DNA of 64,000 nucleotides, taken from contig JADGBR010000008.1 in the NCBI GenBank assembly GCA_015231405.1, forward strand, positions 25,216 through 89,215. Reading direction: 5' to 3'. Source of the stretch: Candidatus Omnitrophota bacterium. Lineage in GTDB: Bacteria; Omnitrophota; Gorgyraeia; Tantalellales; Tantalellaceae. Below are positions 18,645 through 29,089 of the stretch, piece after piece; position 1 is the stretch's first letter; the number at the start of each line of letters is the position of its first letter. The position numbers and the translations under genes are program-made. The notes beneath the pieces were generated by a model. The model was not told the DNA's origin and did not search any database. It worked only from the letters and a program-made list of their open reading frames with translations.

Positions 18645-19889
18645 ATGGACATTAAATCGATAATGATTCTAACCGTTATAGCCCTTTCCGCCCCATTGGC
18701 CTGTCCGGAAAGCGTACGATCTCACCCTGTCGACTCTTTCATAAAAGAAACTATTGCCTCAAATCCCGAAATTTTAGCCGCAAAAAGCGCGTTTGAGTCC
18801 GCGAGTGCCGGAATATCCCAGGCCGCGAGTTTGGATGACCCGGAAATATGGGGCGAATATGACCGGATAACAGGGGATAGGAGTTCGTCCGGTGACCCGA
18901 TGACGACGCTCTCTGTTTCACAGGATGTCCCTTTTCCGACCAAAGTTTATTTACGGGCGAAGATAGCGTCAAAACTGGCAAAAATGGCATACGAGAATTA
19001 TAAGGCCAAAGAGAGGGATATCGTTTCCAGGGTGAAAAGCGCTTACTCAGAGCTTGTGCTTATTTATAGTTCAATCGATATTGATAAAGAGAATAAAAAT
19101 GTTCTGGACCAGCTTTCCAAGACCGCGACGACACGTTACGGGGCAGGGAAGGGGACTCAGGCGGAGGCCCTTAAAGCGCAGCTGGAGCTCGCTAAAGTCG
19201 ACAATGAACTGATAATGCTTGAGCAAAAACGTTTAACCGCCCAGGCGAGACTGAACGTGCTCGTGAATAAAGACCCGGGGACCGATCTCGGGATCCCCTC
19301 ACCCGAACCGGCAATTGAATTTAACCGTCCGCTGGATGAGATATGCCGCCTGGCTGTCGATAATAATCCCGAGCTCAAAGCATACCGGTACGCGATCGAG
19401 AGGGGGAAGGCGGCTTATGACCTTTCGCTGAACGAATTTTTGCCGGACATTTCACTTAAATTCAAACAGATGGTAGGTGATGGACGGTTCGAGGACGGAG
19501 CGTGGGCCGGGATGGTAGGTGTCACTATCCCGCTCTGGTTCTTTCAAAAACAGGCTTTTGGCGTAAAAGAGATGAAATCCGACCTTGAAATGTTGAAAGC
19601 CGAGTACAAGGGCAAGGAGAATTCGGTCCTTTTTGAGGTGAATGACGCGTACGCGCGGGTTGTGGCGAATAAAAAACTTGTCGAGTTATACGAAATGGCA
19701 TATATCCCACAGGCGCTGGGAACGGTGAACTCATTCATGAAAGGCTATGAAGCGGGGAACGCTGACTTTCTCTCACTCATCGATAGTCAACGGATGCTTA
19801 TAAGCTTCAAATTGGAACGTTATAAGGCGCTATTGGATCTAAGGATCGCTTTAGCTGATCTGGAGAGATCGGCCGGTACCGATATTTGA
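18645..19889 (+). CDS. Outer-membrane efflux protein (CzcC/CusC-like)
   Basis: Signal peptide plus a TolC-like duplicated architecture, upstream of the RND adaptor and pump. Confidence 0.65.
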   Translation: MDIKSIMILTVIALSAPLACPESVRSHPVDSFIKETIASNPEILAAKSAFESASAGISQAASLDDPEIWGEYDRITGDRSSSGDPMTTLSVSQDVPFPTKVYLRAKIASKLAKMAYENYKAKERDIVSRVKSAYSELVLIYSSIDIDKENKNVLDQLSKTATTRYGAGKGTQAEALKAQLELAKVDNELIMLEQKRLTAQARLNVLVNKDPGTDLGIPSPEPAIEFNRPLDEICRLAVDNNPELKAYRYAIERGKAAYDLSLNEFLPDISLKFKQMVGDGRFEDGAWAGMVGVTIPLWFFQKQAFGVKEMKSDLEMLKAEYKGKENSVLFEVNDAYARVVANKKLVELYEMAYIPQALGTVNSFMKGYEAGNADFLSLIDSQRMLISFKLERYKALLDLRIALADLERSAGTDI

Positions 19890-19898
19890 TCTCATGGA

Positions 19899-19977
19899 AC
19901 AGACCAGTGTCATTGCGAGCGAAGCGAAGCAATCTATGTCAATATTTTGGGATTGCTTCGGTCGCTATTGCGCCCTC
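19899..19977. repeat. Palindromic intergenic repeat element, copy C
   Basis: GTCATTGCGAGCGAAGCGAAGCAATC...GATTGCTTCGGTCGC..CCCTCGCAAAGACGG, inside the czcC-czcB spacer. Confidence 0.7.
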
Positions 19978-20016
19978 GCAAAGACGGGTTTATCTGAACA
20001 TAAAAAAAGAGGTATT

Positions 20017-21406
20017 TGTGAATATACTCAAAAAAGCGTTATTGGCCGCCGCGGCGGTTATTATCTTGGGTGTAGTTTTGTTGCCCGCGGGTTGCGGCCG
20101 GTCGGGAAATAGGGATACGGAGAGGATCGAGACGGCCATGTATACTTGTCCTATGCATCCCGCATACACGTCAGATAAACACGGTGATTGCCCCATTTGC
20201 GGTATGAAACTGGTCGCGAAGCGAACGCTTCTTGAGAGAGCGTCAGCGCGGACTGATAACAAGTCAGATCTACGAGAGGAAAAAACTTTGGACGAGGTTT
20301 GTATAGACCACAAATGCGACATGAAAAATTGCCCAATGATGATAAGGGCCCATTTAAAGCCCGGGGAAAGGATGAGCTGCCCCGTTTGCGGCGAAGTGAT
20401 CGCCACGATGAACGGGAAAGTGGTAGAGATCCCAAAGGCCGGGATAACGGCCCCGGCGGTGAACAAACAAGAACGGAAGGTCCTTTATTACCGGAATCCC
20501 ATGGACCCGCGATCCACCTCGCCGGTACCTATGAAAGATCCGATGGGTATGGATTATGTCCCTGTTTATGAAGAGCCATTGTCCGGGACTTTTCCCGGGG
20601 GCTCTCTTGTGGCAATAAGCCAGGACAGACAGCAGATGATAGGAGTTAGAACGGAGACGGTCAGGGTAATTGACCTTGCGAAGGTGATCAGGGCATCCGG
20701 AAAGATCGCCTATGATCCCGAACTTGCCGTAACACAGGAAGAATTTGTCCAGGCGTTGAACACCGAAGATAATTTAAAAGATTCGCCGCTAAAGGATGTT
20801 ATCGACAGGGCCCGGAGCATTACGGAAGCCTCTCGTAATAAGCTGAAGTTGCTGGGGATGAGCGGTGATGAGATCAGCGCTCTTGAAAAGGTACGGAAAG
20901 TCGGGACGAGCACATATCTTCCGTCCAAGGGGCAAAGTGTATGGGCTTATATCTCGGTATATGAATACGAGATAGGGGCAATTAAGACCGGTGACAACGT
21001 GGATATCGAAGCTGTTGCCTATCCGGGAGAGAAATTCATGGGAAAGGTCGTGTCAATTAATCCCGTGTTGGATCCGGTCACAAGGACTGACCAGGTGCGG
21101 GTCGAAGTGCTTAACCCCGATAGTAAGCTAAAGCCGGAGATGTTCGTGAGCGCATCTATTAAGATAAGTTTAGGTCCCAAACTAGCGGTTCCGGTTGCCG
21201 CCGTCCTGGATACTGGTTTGAGGAAGATAGTTTACGTCTCATCGGGAAATGACATGCTGGAATCCAGGGAGGTAACCCTCGGCGGAAAAGCTGGAAATTA
21301 TTATGAGGTCATAAGCGGTCTCAAAGAAGGGGACTTGGTCGTCACGAGCGGTAACTTCCTTGTTGATTCCGAATCTAAGTTAAAGTCTCTTTCCGAAGGG
21401 AAATGA
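20017..21406 (+). CDS. RND efflux periplasmic adaptor (CusB/CzcB-like) with N-terminal tandem CxxC metal-binding motifs; lipoprotein
   Basis: GTG start with an AAGAGG ribosome-binding site. LPAGC lipobox. YTCPMHP...GDCPICGMKL and CPMMIR...MSCPVCGEVI metal-binding motifs. HlyD-like beta-barrel C-terminus. Confidence 0.75.
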
Positions 21407-21407
21407 T

Positions 21408-24400
21408 ATGATAGAAAAGATCATCGAGTTCTCAGCGAAAAATAAATACATCGTCATTATTTTTGCCATGGTGGCTATTGTCAGCGCGGTGTATTGTGTA
21501 AAAAATATCCCTCTGGACGCGATACCCGATCTTTCCGATACACAGGTAATAATCTACTCCCGCTGGGACAGATCGCCCGATATCATCGAGGACCAGGTGA
21601 CATATCCTATAGTGAGCGCTATGCTGGGAGCGCCTAACGTTAAAGCTATCAGAGGTTTCTCCGATTTCGGATTTTCCTATGTCTACGTCATTTTCAAGGA
21701 CGGTACGGATATTTATTGGGCCCGTAGCCGTACGCTGGAATATTTAAGTAAGATCACGCCCAGGCTCCCGGAAGGAGTTAAGACCGAGATGGGCCCTGAC
21801 GCGAGTTCGGTCGGATGGGTCTATCAATATGCCCTTGTAGATAAGACCGGGAAGAACGATCTGGCCGAACTCCGTTCATTCCAGGACTGGTACCTCCGAT
21901 ATTGGCTCCAGAGCGTTCCCGGTGTGGCTGAAGTAGCTTCTGTCGGCGGATTCCAGAAACAGTATCAGGTGAACGTGGACCCTAACGCGTTGCTTTCATA
22001 TAAAATTCCTTTGACGAGCGTAGTTGACGCTATCCGCGACGGCAATAACGATGTGGGGGGAAGGCTGGTCGAATTCTCCGGGGCGGAATATATGATCCGC
22101 GGCAGAGGCTACGCGAAGTCCATACAGGATATCGAGAATATTTCCGTCGGTATAGATCCGTCAGGTATTCCGGTCCTCGTAAAAAACATCGCTAAAGTCG
22201 CGTTGGGCCCCGATATCCGACGCGGCGTGGCTGACATTGACGGCGAAGGCGATACCGTCGGCGGTATCGTTATCATGCGGTACGGCGAGAACGCGCTAAA
22301 TGTGATCGACCGCGTGAAACAAAAGATCGAAGAGGTCAAGCCCTCGCTCCCCGCGGGAATAGAGATCGCGACTACTTATGACAGATCGGAGCTAATAAAA
22401 AGGTCTATAGACACCCTGAAACATCAGCTTATCGAGGAAATGATCATAGTCAGTATCGTTATCCTGATCTTTTTGTGGCATTTCCCCTCGGCTGTCGTCC
22501 CGATAGTCACGATACCCATAGCGGTGCTGCTTTCTTTCATCCCTATGTTCGGGATGAAGCTGACTTCAAATATCATGAGCCTGTCGGGCATAGCGATATC
22601 TATCGGAGTGCTGGTCGACGGGGCTATTGTCGAGGTAGAGAACGCTTATAAGAAATTACAGATTTGGGAAGCGGGTGGCCGTAAAGGCGATTTTCACGTT
22701 ATCAGACTGAACGCGTTGAAAGAAGTAGGCCCTTCGGTATTCTTTTCTCTCCTTGTGATAGCGGTGGCGTTTATCCCGGTTTTCACTCTCGTTGACCAGG
22801 AGGGGCGTCTATTCAAACCTCTTGCGTTCAGTAAGAACCTTGCTATGGCGATAGCCGCTATCCTGGCTATCACGCTCGATCCCGCAATGCGGATGCTGTT
22901 CACCCGGATGGATCCCAAACATTTCAGGCCGCGCTGGTTATCGAATATCTGGAGCGCGGTGACGGTCGGCAAATACTACCCTGAGGAAAAACATCCCGTC
23001 AGCAGGGTCATTTTCCGTATTTACGAGCCGGCCTGCAGGTTCGTTCTTAAATATCGAAAGACCACTATCCTGGCCGCGGTTATATTGATGCTTTCCGTTA
23101 TCCCTGTTTATTTCAAACTCGGGTCCGAATTCATGCCTCCTTTGAACGAAGGCACGATCTTGTACATGCCGACAACATTGCCAGGGATATCGGTAACGGA
23201 GACGCAAAAACTGCTCCAATCGATGGACAAGATCCTTAAGGGCATACCCGAAGTTGAAAGGGTTTTTGGCAAAGCCGGCCGCGCTGAGACATCAACTGAC
23301 CCGGCGCCGTTCTCTATGATGGAGACCACCATTGTGTTAAAACCGGAGAGTGAATGGCGGAAAGTTCACTCCTGGTATTCGTGGATGCCCGGTCGTATCC
23401 AATCCGTTTTCAGGCCGGTATGGCGGGACCGGATCACTTACGAAGATCTTATAAGCGATATCGACCTTAAGATGCAATTTCCCGGGGTTTCGAACGCCTG
23501 GACTATGCCTATCAAGGCCAGGATCGATATGCTGTCTACCGGTATCAGGACGCCCGTGGGTATAAAGATATATGGCGCCGACCTTAAAGAGATCGAAAAG
23601 ATCGGCTTGGCGATCGAGCCGGTCATGAAGGATATTAAGGGAACGCGGTCCGTATTCGCCGAACGTGTTACCGGCGGATATTTTCTGGATTTCGATCTAA
23701 AACGCGAACAGCTTGCCCGTTACGGGCTCACCGTAAAAGACGCGGAAATGGTCATCACTTCGGCCATAGGCGGAGAGACTGTCACCACCACGATCGAAGG
23801 CCGGGAAAGGTATACCGTCAATGTCCGATACGCCAGGGAATTCCGCGACGACCTTGATAAACTGAAAAGAGTGCTTGTCCCAACGATGTCGGGTTCGGCG
23901 ATACCTCTCGAGGAAATAGCCGATATCCATCTTTCTTCCGGGCCGGCCATGATACGTGATGAGAACGGCATGCTGGCGGGGTATGTGTATGTGGATATCG
24001 CCCGAAGAGATGTCGGAAGCTATGTTGCCGAGGCGAGAAAGGTCGTCCGCGACAAAATTCAGTTACCCTCGGGGTACTCTCTCCAGTGGAGCGGTCAATA
24101 CGAGAATATGCTGAGAGTCCATGAGAGGTTGAAACTGGTCATACCGATCACTCTTTTTCTGATCTTTATTTTGCTTTACATGAATACCAGGTCTCCGGTC
24201 AAAGCGTCCATAGTCATGCTGACTGTTCCATTCTCACTGGTCGGAGCCATATGGTTCCTGTACATCCTGGGCTACAATATGTCGATAGCCGTGTGGGTGG
24301 GAATGATCGCTTTAATGGGCCTGGACGCTGAAACAGGCGTATTTATGTTGCTTTTTCTTGATATGTCCTATTATGATATGGTACGAGAGGGTCGTATGAG

Positions 24401-24680
24401 GACGAGGGAAGATCTCGATGAAGCGATTATCCACGGGGCTGTCAAAAGGATCCGCCCTAAAATGATGACGGTACTGGCTATGTTCATTGGACTACTTCCC
24501 ATAATGTGGTCCATGGGCGCCGGAAGCGATATGATGAAAAGGATAGCTGCACCTATGATCGGAGGAATATTCACCAGCTTTCTCATGGAATTATTGGTAT
24601 ATCCTCCTATTTATTCGTTATGGAAATGGAAGTGTGAAATGAAGGAAGGGAAAGTTGTTGTGACTCAGACTGTGTCATAA
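21408..24680 (+). CDS. Heavy-metal efflux RND pump (CusA/CzcA family)
   Basis: 1090 aa with 12 TM helices, two large periplasmic loops and a typical HME-RND N-terminus, MIEKIIEFSAKNKYIVI. Confidence 0.9.
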   Translation: MIEKIIEFSAKNKYIVIIFAMVAIVSAVYCVKNIPLDAIPDLSDTQVIIYSRWDRSPDIIEDQVTYPIVSAMLGAPNVKAIRGFSDFGFSYVYVIFKDGTDIYWARSRTLEYLSKITPRLPEGVKTEMGPDASSVGWVYQYALVDKTGKNDLAELRSFQDWYLRYWLQSVPGVAEVASVGGFQKQYQVNVDPNALLSYKIPLTSVVDAIRDGNNDVGGRLVEFSGAEYMIRGRGYAKSIQDIENISVGIDPSGIPVLVKNIAKVALGPDIRRGVADIDGEGDTVGGIVIMRYGENALNVIDRVKQKIEEVKPSLPAGIEIATTYDRSELIKRSIDTLKHQLIEEMIIVSIVILIFLWHFPSAVVPIVTIPIAVLLSFIPMFGMKLTSNIMSLSGIAISIGVLVDGAIVEVENAYKKLQIWEAGGRKGDFHVIRLNALKEVGPSVFFSLLVIAVAFIPVFTLVDQEGRLFKPLAFSKNLAMAIAAILAITLDPAMRMLFTRMDPKHFRPRWLSNIWSAVTVGKYYPEEKHPVSRVIFRIYEPACRFVLKYRKTTILAAVILMLSVIPVYFKLGSEFMPPLNEGTILYMPTTLPGISVTETQKLLQSMDKILKGIPEVERVFGKAGRAETSTDPAPFSMMETTIVLKPESEWRKVHSWYSWMPGRIQSVFRPVWRDRITYEDLISDIDLKMQFPGVSNAWTMPIKARIDMLSTGIRTPVGIKIYGADLKEIEKIGLAIEPVMKDIKGTRSVFAERVTGGYFLDFDLKREQLARYGLTVKDAEMVITSAIGGETVTTTIEGRERYTVNVRYAREFRDDLDKLKRVLVPTMSGSAIPLEEIADIHLSSGPAMIRDENGMLAGYVYVDIARRDVGSYVAEARKVVRDKIQLPSGYSLQWSGQYENMLRVHERLKLVIPITLFLIFILLYMNTRSPVKASIVMLTVPFSLVGAIWFLYILGYNMSIAVWVGMIALMGLDAETGVFMLLFLDMSYYDMVREGRMRTREDLDEAIIHGAVKRIRPKMMTVLAMFIGLLPIMWSMGAGSDMMKRIAAPMIGGIFTSFLMELLVYPPIYSLWKWKCEMKEGKVVVTQTVS

Positions 24681-24723
24681 CCCGAAAGGTATCCGAAATA
24701 CAGTCTGACTATTTGGAGTCTAG

Positions 24724-26703
24724 ATGTCTGAAAGATCTTCGATGTTAGGGAAAGTTCGCAGGGTGCTTGTCGGTAAGGAGAAGAACCCGCTCGACAAAAA
24801 GATATTCCATAACCTTTCGCTGATAGCGTTCTTCGCGTGGGTAGGGCTGGGAGCGGACGGTTTGTCTTCTTCATGTTACGGCCCAGAAGAAGCTTTCCTG
24901 GCGCTTGGCGGGCATAGCTATCTTATCCTCCTGGTCGGGTTAATGACCGTGATCACCATTTCGGTTATCTGCGCCAGTTATTCGCAGATAATCGAAAAGT
25001 TCCCCATGGGCGGGGGCGGATACCTTGTGGCGAGTAAGCTTTTGTCCCCTTCGGTCGGGATGATATCCGGATGCGCGCTCCTTATCGATTACGTCCTTAC
25101 TATAACCCTATCGATAGCCTCAGGAGCCGACGCGGTTTTCAGCTTTCTGCCGCCGCACATGGCCGAATACAAGCTCGGGGCGGCGCTTACGGGCGTATTG
25201 GTCCTCACTGTCCTCAACCTCCGGGGAGTGAAAGAGTCCGTGCTCCCGCTCGTCCCTGTTTTTCTGATCTTTGTTGTCACTCATTTATTCGCGGTATCTT
25301 ATTCTTTTCTGACCCATGCCAACAGTATGGATACCATCATCGGTAACGTCGGCGAGGATGTAAGGTCGACTTTTTCACAGATAGGGTTCTTGGGTATGCT
25401 GATGCTGCTCATGAGGTCGTACAGTCTCGGGGCGGGCACGTATACAGGCATCGAAGCGGTCAGTAACGGTATGCAGATACTCAGGGAACCAAGGGTCGAG
25501 ACCGGGAAGCTGACTATGCGGTATATGGCCATTTCCCTGTCCGTGGTGGTCATGGGACTTATGATGTCTTACCTTTTTTACGACGTCAGTTATTCCCACG
25601 GTAAAACCTTGAATGCCGTGCTTTTTGGGAGAATGACCGCGGGATGGGGTACCGCCGGGACGGTTTTTTTACTTGTCACGTTATTGTCCGAGGCGCTTAT
25701 CCTCTTCATAGCCGCCCAGACCGGTTTTATGGGCGGACCGAAGATCCTGGCCAATATGGCCGTGGACAGGTGGGTCCCCTCGAAATTCGCCAGCCTCAGT
25801 GACAGGCTTGTCACTGAGAACGGGGTCATATTGATGGGTCTCGCCGCGGGCGTTACAATGGTTTTATCTAAAGGGTCCGTCAAGTACATGGTAGTTCTAT
25901 ATAGTATCAACGTATTCATAACTTTTACCCTTTCCCAGGCGGGCATGGTCAAATTATGGTGGCGGGAACGCTCTCCTAAGTGGAAAAGGAAGATGGTCCT
26001 TAACGGCACCGGGCTCTTGATGAGCTCTTTTATCCTGGTGTCGGTCGTTATGCTTAAATTCAACGAGGGCGGATGGATAACTCTTGTGGTCACCGGGCTA
26101 TTGGCTTCATTGGCGTTATTCATAAAAAAACATTACCTGAATACCATGAAACAACTGCGCCGTTTGAATTCGCTGATAGAAGCCGCCGAGATCTCGATCG
26201 ACGATATTCTCCCGGACAATATCCCAGAGAAGAATGATCCGGGCGCGAGAACAGCCGTTCTTTTTGTTAACGGGTATAACGGTCTCGGTCTCCATTCGCT
26301 TTTTAACCTGGTAAAGCTTTTCGGAGGGGTATTCAAGAACTATGTCTTTGTGCAGATAGGCATACTGGACGCCGGGAATTTTAAAGGGTCCGAAGAAGTG
26401 GAACATCTCAAGAAAGAAGCCGAAAAAGAAGTGGGGCGTTACTCCGAATTCATGTCAAGGCAGGGAAAATACTCCGAAGGGATGGCGTTCGTATCGGTGG
26501 ACGTCATATCGGAGATAGATAAGATCGGATCCGCGGTAAGGGAAAAATTCCCGGATTCGGTATTCTTCGGCGGGCAGCTCGTTTTCTCCAAAGAAACGCT
26601 CATAGACAGATGGCTGCACAACTACACCGTCTTCGCCATGCAGCGCAGATTCTACCAGGACGGCATCCCCTTCATAATATTGCCGATCAGGGTTAGCGCC
26701 TGA
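24724..26703 (+). CDS. APC-superfamily permease with a ~200-aa cytoplasmic C-terminal domain
   Basis: About 12 TM helices (residues 30-460) followed by a soluble C-terminal domain. Subfamily unresolved; possibly cation-chloride-cotransporter-like. Confidence 0.5.
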   Translation: MSERSSMLGKVRRVLVGKEKNPLDKKIFHNLSLIAFFAWVGLGADGLSSSCYGPEEAFLALGGHSYLILLVGLMTVITISVICASYSQIIEKFPMGGGGYLVASKLLSPSVGMISGCALLIDYVLTITLSIASGADAVFSFLPPHMAEYKLGAALTGVLVLTVLNLRGVKESVLPLVPVFLIFVVTHLFAVSYSFLTHANSMDTIIGNVGEDVRSTFSQIGFLGMLMLLMRSYSLGAGTYTGIEAVSNGMQILREPRVETGKLTMRYMAISLSVVVMGLMMSYLFYDVSYSHGKTLNAVLFGRMTAGWGTAGTVFLLVTLLSEALILFIAAQTGFMGGPKILANMAVDRWVPSKFASLSDRLVTENGVILMGLAAGVTMVLSKGSVKYMVVLYSINVFITFTLSQAGMVKLWWRERSPKWKRKMVLNGTGLLMSSFILVSVVMLKFNEGGWITLVVTGLLASLALFIKKHYLNTMKQLRRLNSLIEAAEISIDDILPDNIPEKNDPGARTAVLFVNGYNGLGLHSLFNLVKLFGGVFKNYVFVQIGILDAGNFKGSEEVEHLKKEAEKEVGRYSEFMSRQGKYSEGMAFVSVDVISEIDKIGSAVREKFPDSVFFGGQLVFSKETLIDRWLHNYTVFAMQRRFYQDGIPFIILPIRVSA

Positions 26704-26757
26704 CAAGCTATTGTCATATGCTGTTATGATAAATAAGAGGACCTCAGTTGACTTTGT

Positions 26758-26970
26758 ATGACGGTAGTGATATCTTCCTTATTGATGGATAAAAAGGTAT
26801 TGATAGTTACGTCGGTTCATGACAGTAAGATCGATCATTACTGGGAGGGAAAGTCTTTTGTCGAGAGGCTCGAAGCCTTGGAAAGATTAAGGGGGATTAT
26901 TTTTGGCTATGATGCGTTTACCGAAAGACTTCAAAGAACTCTTACAATTACTGAACTCAAAAGGGATTGA
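26758..26970 (+). CDS. Small hypothetical protein (possible partner of the downstream nucleotidyltransferase-fold protein)
   Basis: 70-aa ORF overlapping the next gene by about 68 nt with no recognisable motif. May not be real. Confidence 0.2.
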   Translation: MTVVISSLLMDKKVLIVTSVHDSKIDHYWEGKSFVERLEALERLRGIIFGYDAFTERLQRTLTITELKRD

Positions 26971-27358
26971 GTATTTGGTCGTAGGAGGTTATGCCGTTGC
27001 TTTGTACGGATATCCCCGTGCTACCGGCGATATGGATATTTGGGTGGCAATTTCCAAGGAGAACGCTTCGAAGATCGTGGAAGTTTTGAAGGAGTTCGGC
27101 TTTGACATGCCTGAGTTGAAAGAAGAGTTATTTATGGCGTCCGGAAAAAACATAAGGATGGGGACACCTCCATTACGCATTGAAATATTAACCTCCATAG
27201 ACGGGGTAGAATTCAGCGACTGTTTAAAACGCAAGAAAAACGTTAATATCGATGACCTGGAAATTAGTTTTATCTCATTCGACGATCTGATCCTGAACAA
27301 GAAGGCCACTGGGAGATATAAAGACCTCGCCGATATTGATAATCTCAAGGGCCAATGA
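26903..27358 (+). CDS. Minimal nucleotidyltransferase-fold protein (toxin-antitoxin-associated type)
   Basis: LVVGGYAVALYGYPRATGDMDIWV, a GG..A....RxTxDxD nucleotidyltransferase-fold motif. 151 aa. Confidence 0.45.
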   Translation: MAMMRLPKDFKELLQLLNSKGIEYLVVGGYAVALYGYPRATGDMDIWVAISKENASKIVEVLKEFGFDMPELKEELFMASGKNIRMGTPPLRIEILTSIDGVEFSDCLKRKKNVNIDDLEISFISFDDLILNKKATGRYKDLADIDNLKGQ

Positions 27359-27365
27359 TCTCAGT

Positions 27366-28994
27366 TTACAGTAGTTTTTGTAGATTCTCCCTGAAAATAT
27401 CCCCATGAACATATTCGAATTCCCACTTGGGCGTTTTGGCCGTTCCCGTGAGCCGGGCTCCGCTTATTCTTTTGCCCAGGCCGGCGGTAGGGACCCTGAA
27501 GAGGTTATCCGTTATGGACTGGTCCATATGTGAGGCGTTCGTGAGCTGGTTTTGGAAAGTAAAATCGAGTTCGCCGGAGAAATTGGCTTTGCCGCTTCCG
27601 GTTATATACACATTATCGCCGTGAAATACAATATTGTCGGAGTGTATTGTCTTCATGCCTATCGAAAATATAGCCTCGGCGGCTGTTATGGCGGCGATCT
27701 CGCCGGGCATAACAATTTGCTGAATGGTCGAATATATCGTGCCTAGAAAAGGGGCCGGTAAAGCGGCAGGGCCCAAATAAGCGTTGTTTATGGAGATCTT
27801 ACCAGACCCCTCGATCATGGACGGATCCTTCAAAGATCCGTGTAGATTGAAATCGCCGTTTAAAACCCCGTTTATCCTCGACGGTTTTTTAGACATATCC
27901 GTAAAAAACGAGTTGCAGTTCATGCCTCTCGCGGAAGAGAATATATTGAAGGGCAGCGCGGGGCTTTTTAACCCGATAACAATATCGGCTGATATTTCTC
28001 CGCCGTATAAAGGCATGGATATTTTCGATAACTCGAGGACCCCGTCTTCCACTAGTAGGACAGATGATATATCTCCGACAAGGGACCCGTTGACTTGAAC
28101 GCCCCTTGCGCGCGCATCCTGCATGGAAAATATCCCGTTCTCATAAAATATATCCGAGGTTAATTCATCTATTTTCAGGCCGTTACAAGAGAGATCTCTC
28201 AGCGAGAGGCGTGATCCGGTTATTTTGCCGTTCGCGCCGAAATTAACGGGACCGTAATTCCCGGATATAGTGTTAATAATGAGATCTTTGCCGCTCGTGT
28301 CGAGGTCGGCACCGGTCCTGAAATCATTCGTCGCGAGCGTTATCAGGTATCCGTTCGCCGGGGTTTGTTTTCGCGATAACGTTAAAGAATAAGGTTTATC
28401 CCCGAAAAGAAGAACAGCGTTCATTTGATCTAATGACAAAGGAACTCTTTCGAACCGGATATTCCCCGAAAGTTTTCTCGCGATGGTTGTTGCCTTGCCG
28501 ATGATCGGGTCAGCGAATGAAAAGGATCCGGCATAGATACTGACATCAATGCTCCGAGGCGAAAAATGATCAGATGTTGAATTAATAAGGGTCAAGCTCT
28601 TCGGCTGGTCATTTTTAGGCGGCTGGGGCGTAGCCGGTCCTGCGATAGAAGGGTATAGGATGATGTCGCCTATGTCTATGGAAAGAGCGAGTTTCTTTAT
28701 CCTCAGAAGGGAAACGAGATCGGCGTGAATAGCCGCTTTGTCGATCGTGAGCGCTATGCTCTTTTTGCCGGCGTCGTTATAGATCCGGATATTTTCAAAA
28801 GAAAATCCGAGGAAAGGTGAAACCCGTGTTTTCTCAATGTCCAATAATTTACCCGAGAGTCCTGGTATTTTTCCTATAACGGCGGTCGCGATCCAGGAAC
28901 AACTCTTTTTAGCCATTAATGGTATCCCGAGATAAAAAAACGTGAGTAAAACAAGAACCAGGGTCAAGCCTGTCAGTTTAACGGTTTTGGTCAT
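27366..28994 (-). CDS. AsmA-like membrane-anchored beta-rich protein
   Basis: N-terminal TM anchor (LTLVLVLLTFFYLGIPLMA) followed by about 500 aa of Gly/Ser/Asn-rich beta-like sequence. Assignment is by architecture only. Confidence 0.3.
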   Translation of the reverse strand: MTKTVKLTGLTLVLVLLTFFYLGIPLMAKKSCSWIATAVIGKIPGLSGKLLDIEKTRVSPFLGFSFENIRIYNDAGKKSIALTIDKAAIHADLVSLLRIKKLALSIDIGDIILYPSIAGPATPQPPKNDQPKSLTLINSTSDHFSPRSIDVSIYAGSFSFADPIIGKATTIARKLSGNIRFERVPLSLDQMNAVLLFGDKPYSLTLSRKQTPANGYLITLATNDFRTGADLDTSGKDLIINTISGNYGPVNFGANGKITGSRLSLRDLSCNGLKIDELTSDIFYENGIFSMQDARARGVQVNGSLVGDISSVLLVEDGVLELSKISMPLYGGEISADIVIGLKSPALPFNIFSSARGMNCNSFFTDMSKKPSRINGVLNGDFNLHGSLKDPSMIEGSGKISINNAYLGPAALPAPFLGTIYSTIQQIVMPGEIAAITAAEAIFSIGMKTIHSDNIVFHGDNVYITGSGKANFSGELDFTFQNQLTNASHMDQSITDNLFRVPTAGLGKRISGARLTGTAKTPKWEFEYVHGDIFRENLQKLL

Positions 28995-29089
28995 GGGACG
29001 TATTATAGCATTTAATTAAAATGCCATACAGGGATTTGCAAAAAAAGTATCGATTGAGTAAGATTGTTGTAACAGCTAGGAGTGAATAA

